From NCBI GenBank assembly GCA_036506575.1, contig DASXRM010000030.1, positions 1-40,889 of the forward strand: a stretch of DNA of 40,889 nucleotides, in the 5' to 3' direction. Source of the DNA: Gemmatimonadales bacterium (GTDB taxonomy: Bacteria > Gemmatimonadota > Gemmatimonadetes > Gemmatimonadales > GWC2-71-9). The notes under the pieces were generated by a model. The model had not been told where the DNA came from, did no database searches, and saw only the letters and a program-made list of their open reading frames with translations. Positions 40,459 to 40,889 of the stretch are shown in pieces. Position 1 is the first letter of the stretch; each line of letters opens with the position of its first letter. The position numbers were made by a program, and so were the translations under genes.

Positions 40459-40889
40459 TCATCGTACCACGACGGTCGCCTTCATGAACGGGTGCAGCGT
40501 GCAGTGATAGCTGTAGGTGCCAGCACGGTCGAAGGTGTGGCGCCAGACTCCGTCAGAATTGATCACCCCGGAATCAAAGCTGTTGTCGTCACCGGTCACT
40601 GTGTGGGGGACTTGATCTTGATTGCTCCACGCGATCGTGGCGCCGGTGGCGACTTCCAGCTTGGAGTCCGTATACGCCATGCTGCGGATCACTGTTGGCA
40701 CTAGTCTCTCCTCGTTGGACGGCCTGGGAGGTGCTGCTCTCGGACGAGGTGCGCGTCGTCCAAAGTAACGCGCCAGCGTGAACGGAACGGTGAACTCGAA
40801 GCCATAGCGCACTTGGTCGCCGCCCCGGGAGGAGCCCTCGAGCGTCGCGGTGTTGGTATTTGATGCTTGGAGAGAAAAGGTGTGGGGGG
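40459..40889 (-). CDS. Cupredoxin (plastocyanin/amicyanin-like blue-copper) domain protein; reading frame stays open to the window end
   Basis: C-terminal domain 'LEVATGATIAWSNQDQVPHTVTG...GTYSYHCTLHPFMKATVVV' has the His...Cys-x2-His-x2-Met copper ligands. Possible starts are GTG 40812 or ATG 40680, but the same frame continues without a stop to 40889 ('...TFSLQASNTNTATLEGSSRGGDQVRYGFEFTVPFTLARYF'), so the N-terminus may lie outside the window. Confidence 0.65.
   Translation of the reverse strand, partial: PHTFSLQASNTNTATLEGSSRGGDQVRYGFEFTVPFTLARYFGRRAPRPRAAPPRPSNEERLVPTVIRSMAYTDSKLEVATGATIAWSNQDQVPHTVTGDDNSFDSGVINSDGVWRHTFDRAGTYSYHCTLHPFMKATVVVR

Noticed and set aside
1-40889. Genomic-island hallmarks (integrase, transposase, flanking tRNA, direct-repeat att sites) around the methylotrophy cluster
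   Set aside because: None were recognised in any frame. Base composition and gene style look uniform across the window, so there is no sequence evidence here for recent horizontal acquisition.

Overview
High-GC (about two-thirds G+C by eye) bacterial chromosomal DNA with dense, mostly co-directional and often start/stop-overlapping genes. I recognised no rRNA, tRNA, CRISPR, transposase or integrase. Positions ~7.0-40.4 kb form one large methylotrophy island. It contains fae-mtdB, the formyltransferase/hydrolase genes in the order fhcB-fhcA-fhcD-fhcC, and mch. It also contains a long set of archaeal-type tetrahydromethanopterin (H4MPT)/methanofuran cofactor genes: DUF1464-like ASKHA protein, two ATP-grasp ligases, CitG-like, PTPS/QueD-like, HisA/F-like, hydantoinase-like, amino-acid-kinase-like, MfnB, DUF447 and MptG. 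A pterin/pABA supply operon (SDR, pterin-4a-carbinolamine dehydratase, DHPS-like, pabB, pabA) is included. The island ends with a lanthanide-type PQQ methanol dehydrogenase operon, xoxF-xoxJ-xoxG, extended by four uncharacterised exported proteins: a pentapeptide-repeat fusion, a YVTN beta-propeller lipoprotein and two tandem JAMM/MPN+-like paralogs. A HAMP-GAF-GGDEF-EAL sensor is inserted antisense inside the island. The left flank holds a partial EamA permease, a DEAH-type helicase and a 1031-aa peptidase(HEXXH)-PD40-Omp85 outer-membrane protein. The right edge holds a cupredoxin ORF. The most unusual non-genic signal is a family of four intergenic modules, each built from an array of 7-9 nt tandem repeats, a unique centre and the reverse-complement array; unit sequence differs between copies. 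Other points worth follow-up are an exported tandem-EthD lipoprotein inside the C1-transfer operon, a ~690 bp non-coding gap upstream of xoxF that opens with a near-consensus sigma70 promoter, and a nested palindromic element overlapping a start codon. The lineage guess (Gemmatimonadota/FCB-like soil bacterium) is inference only. All family assignments come from motifs read by eye and need HMM/BLAST confirmation.
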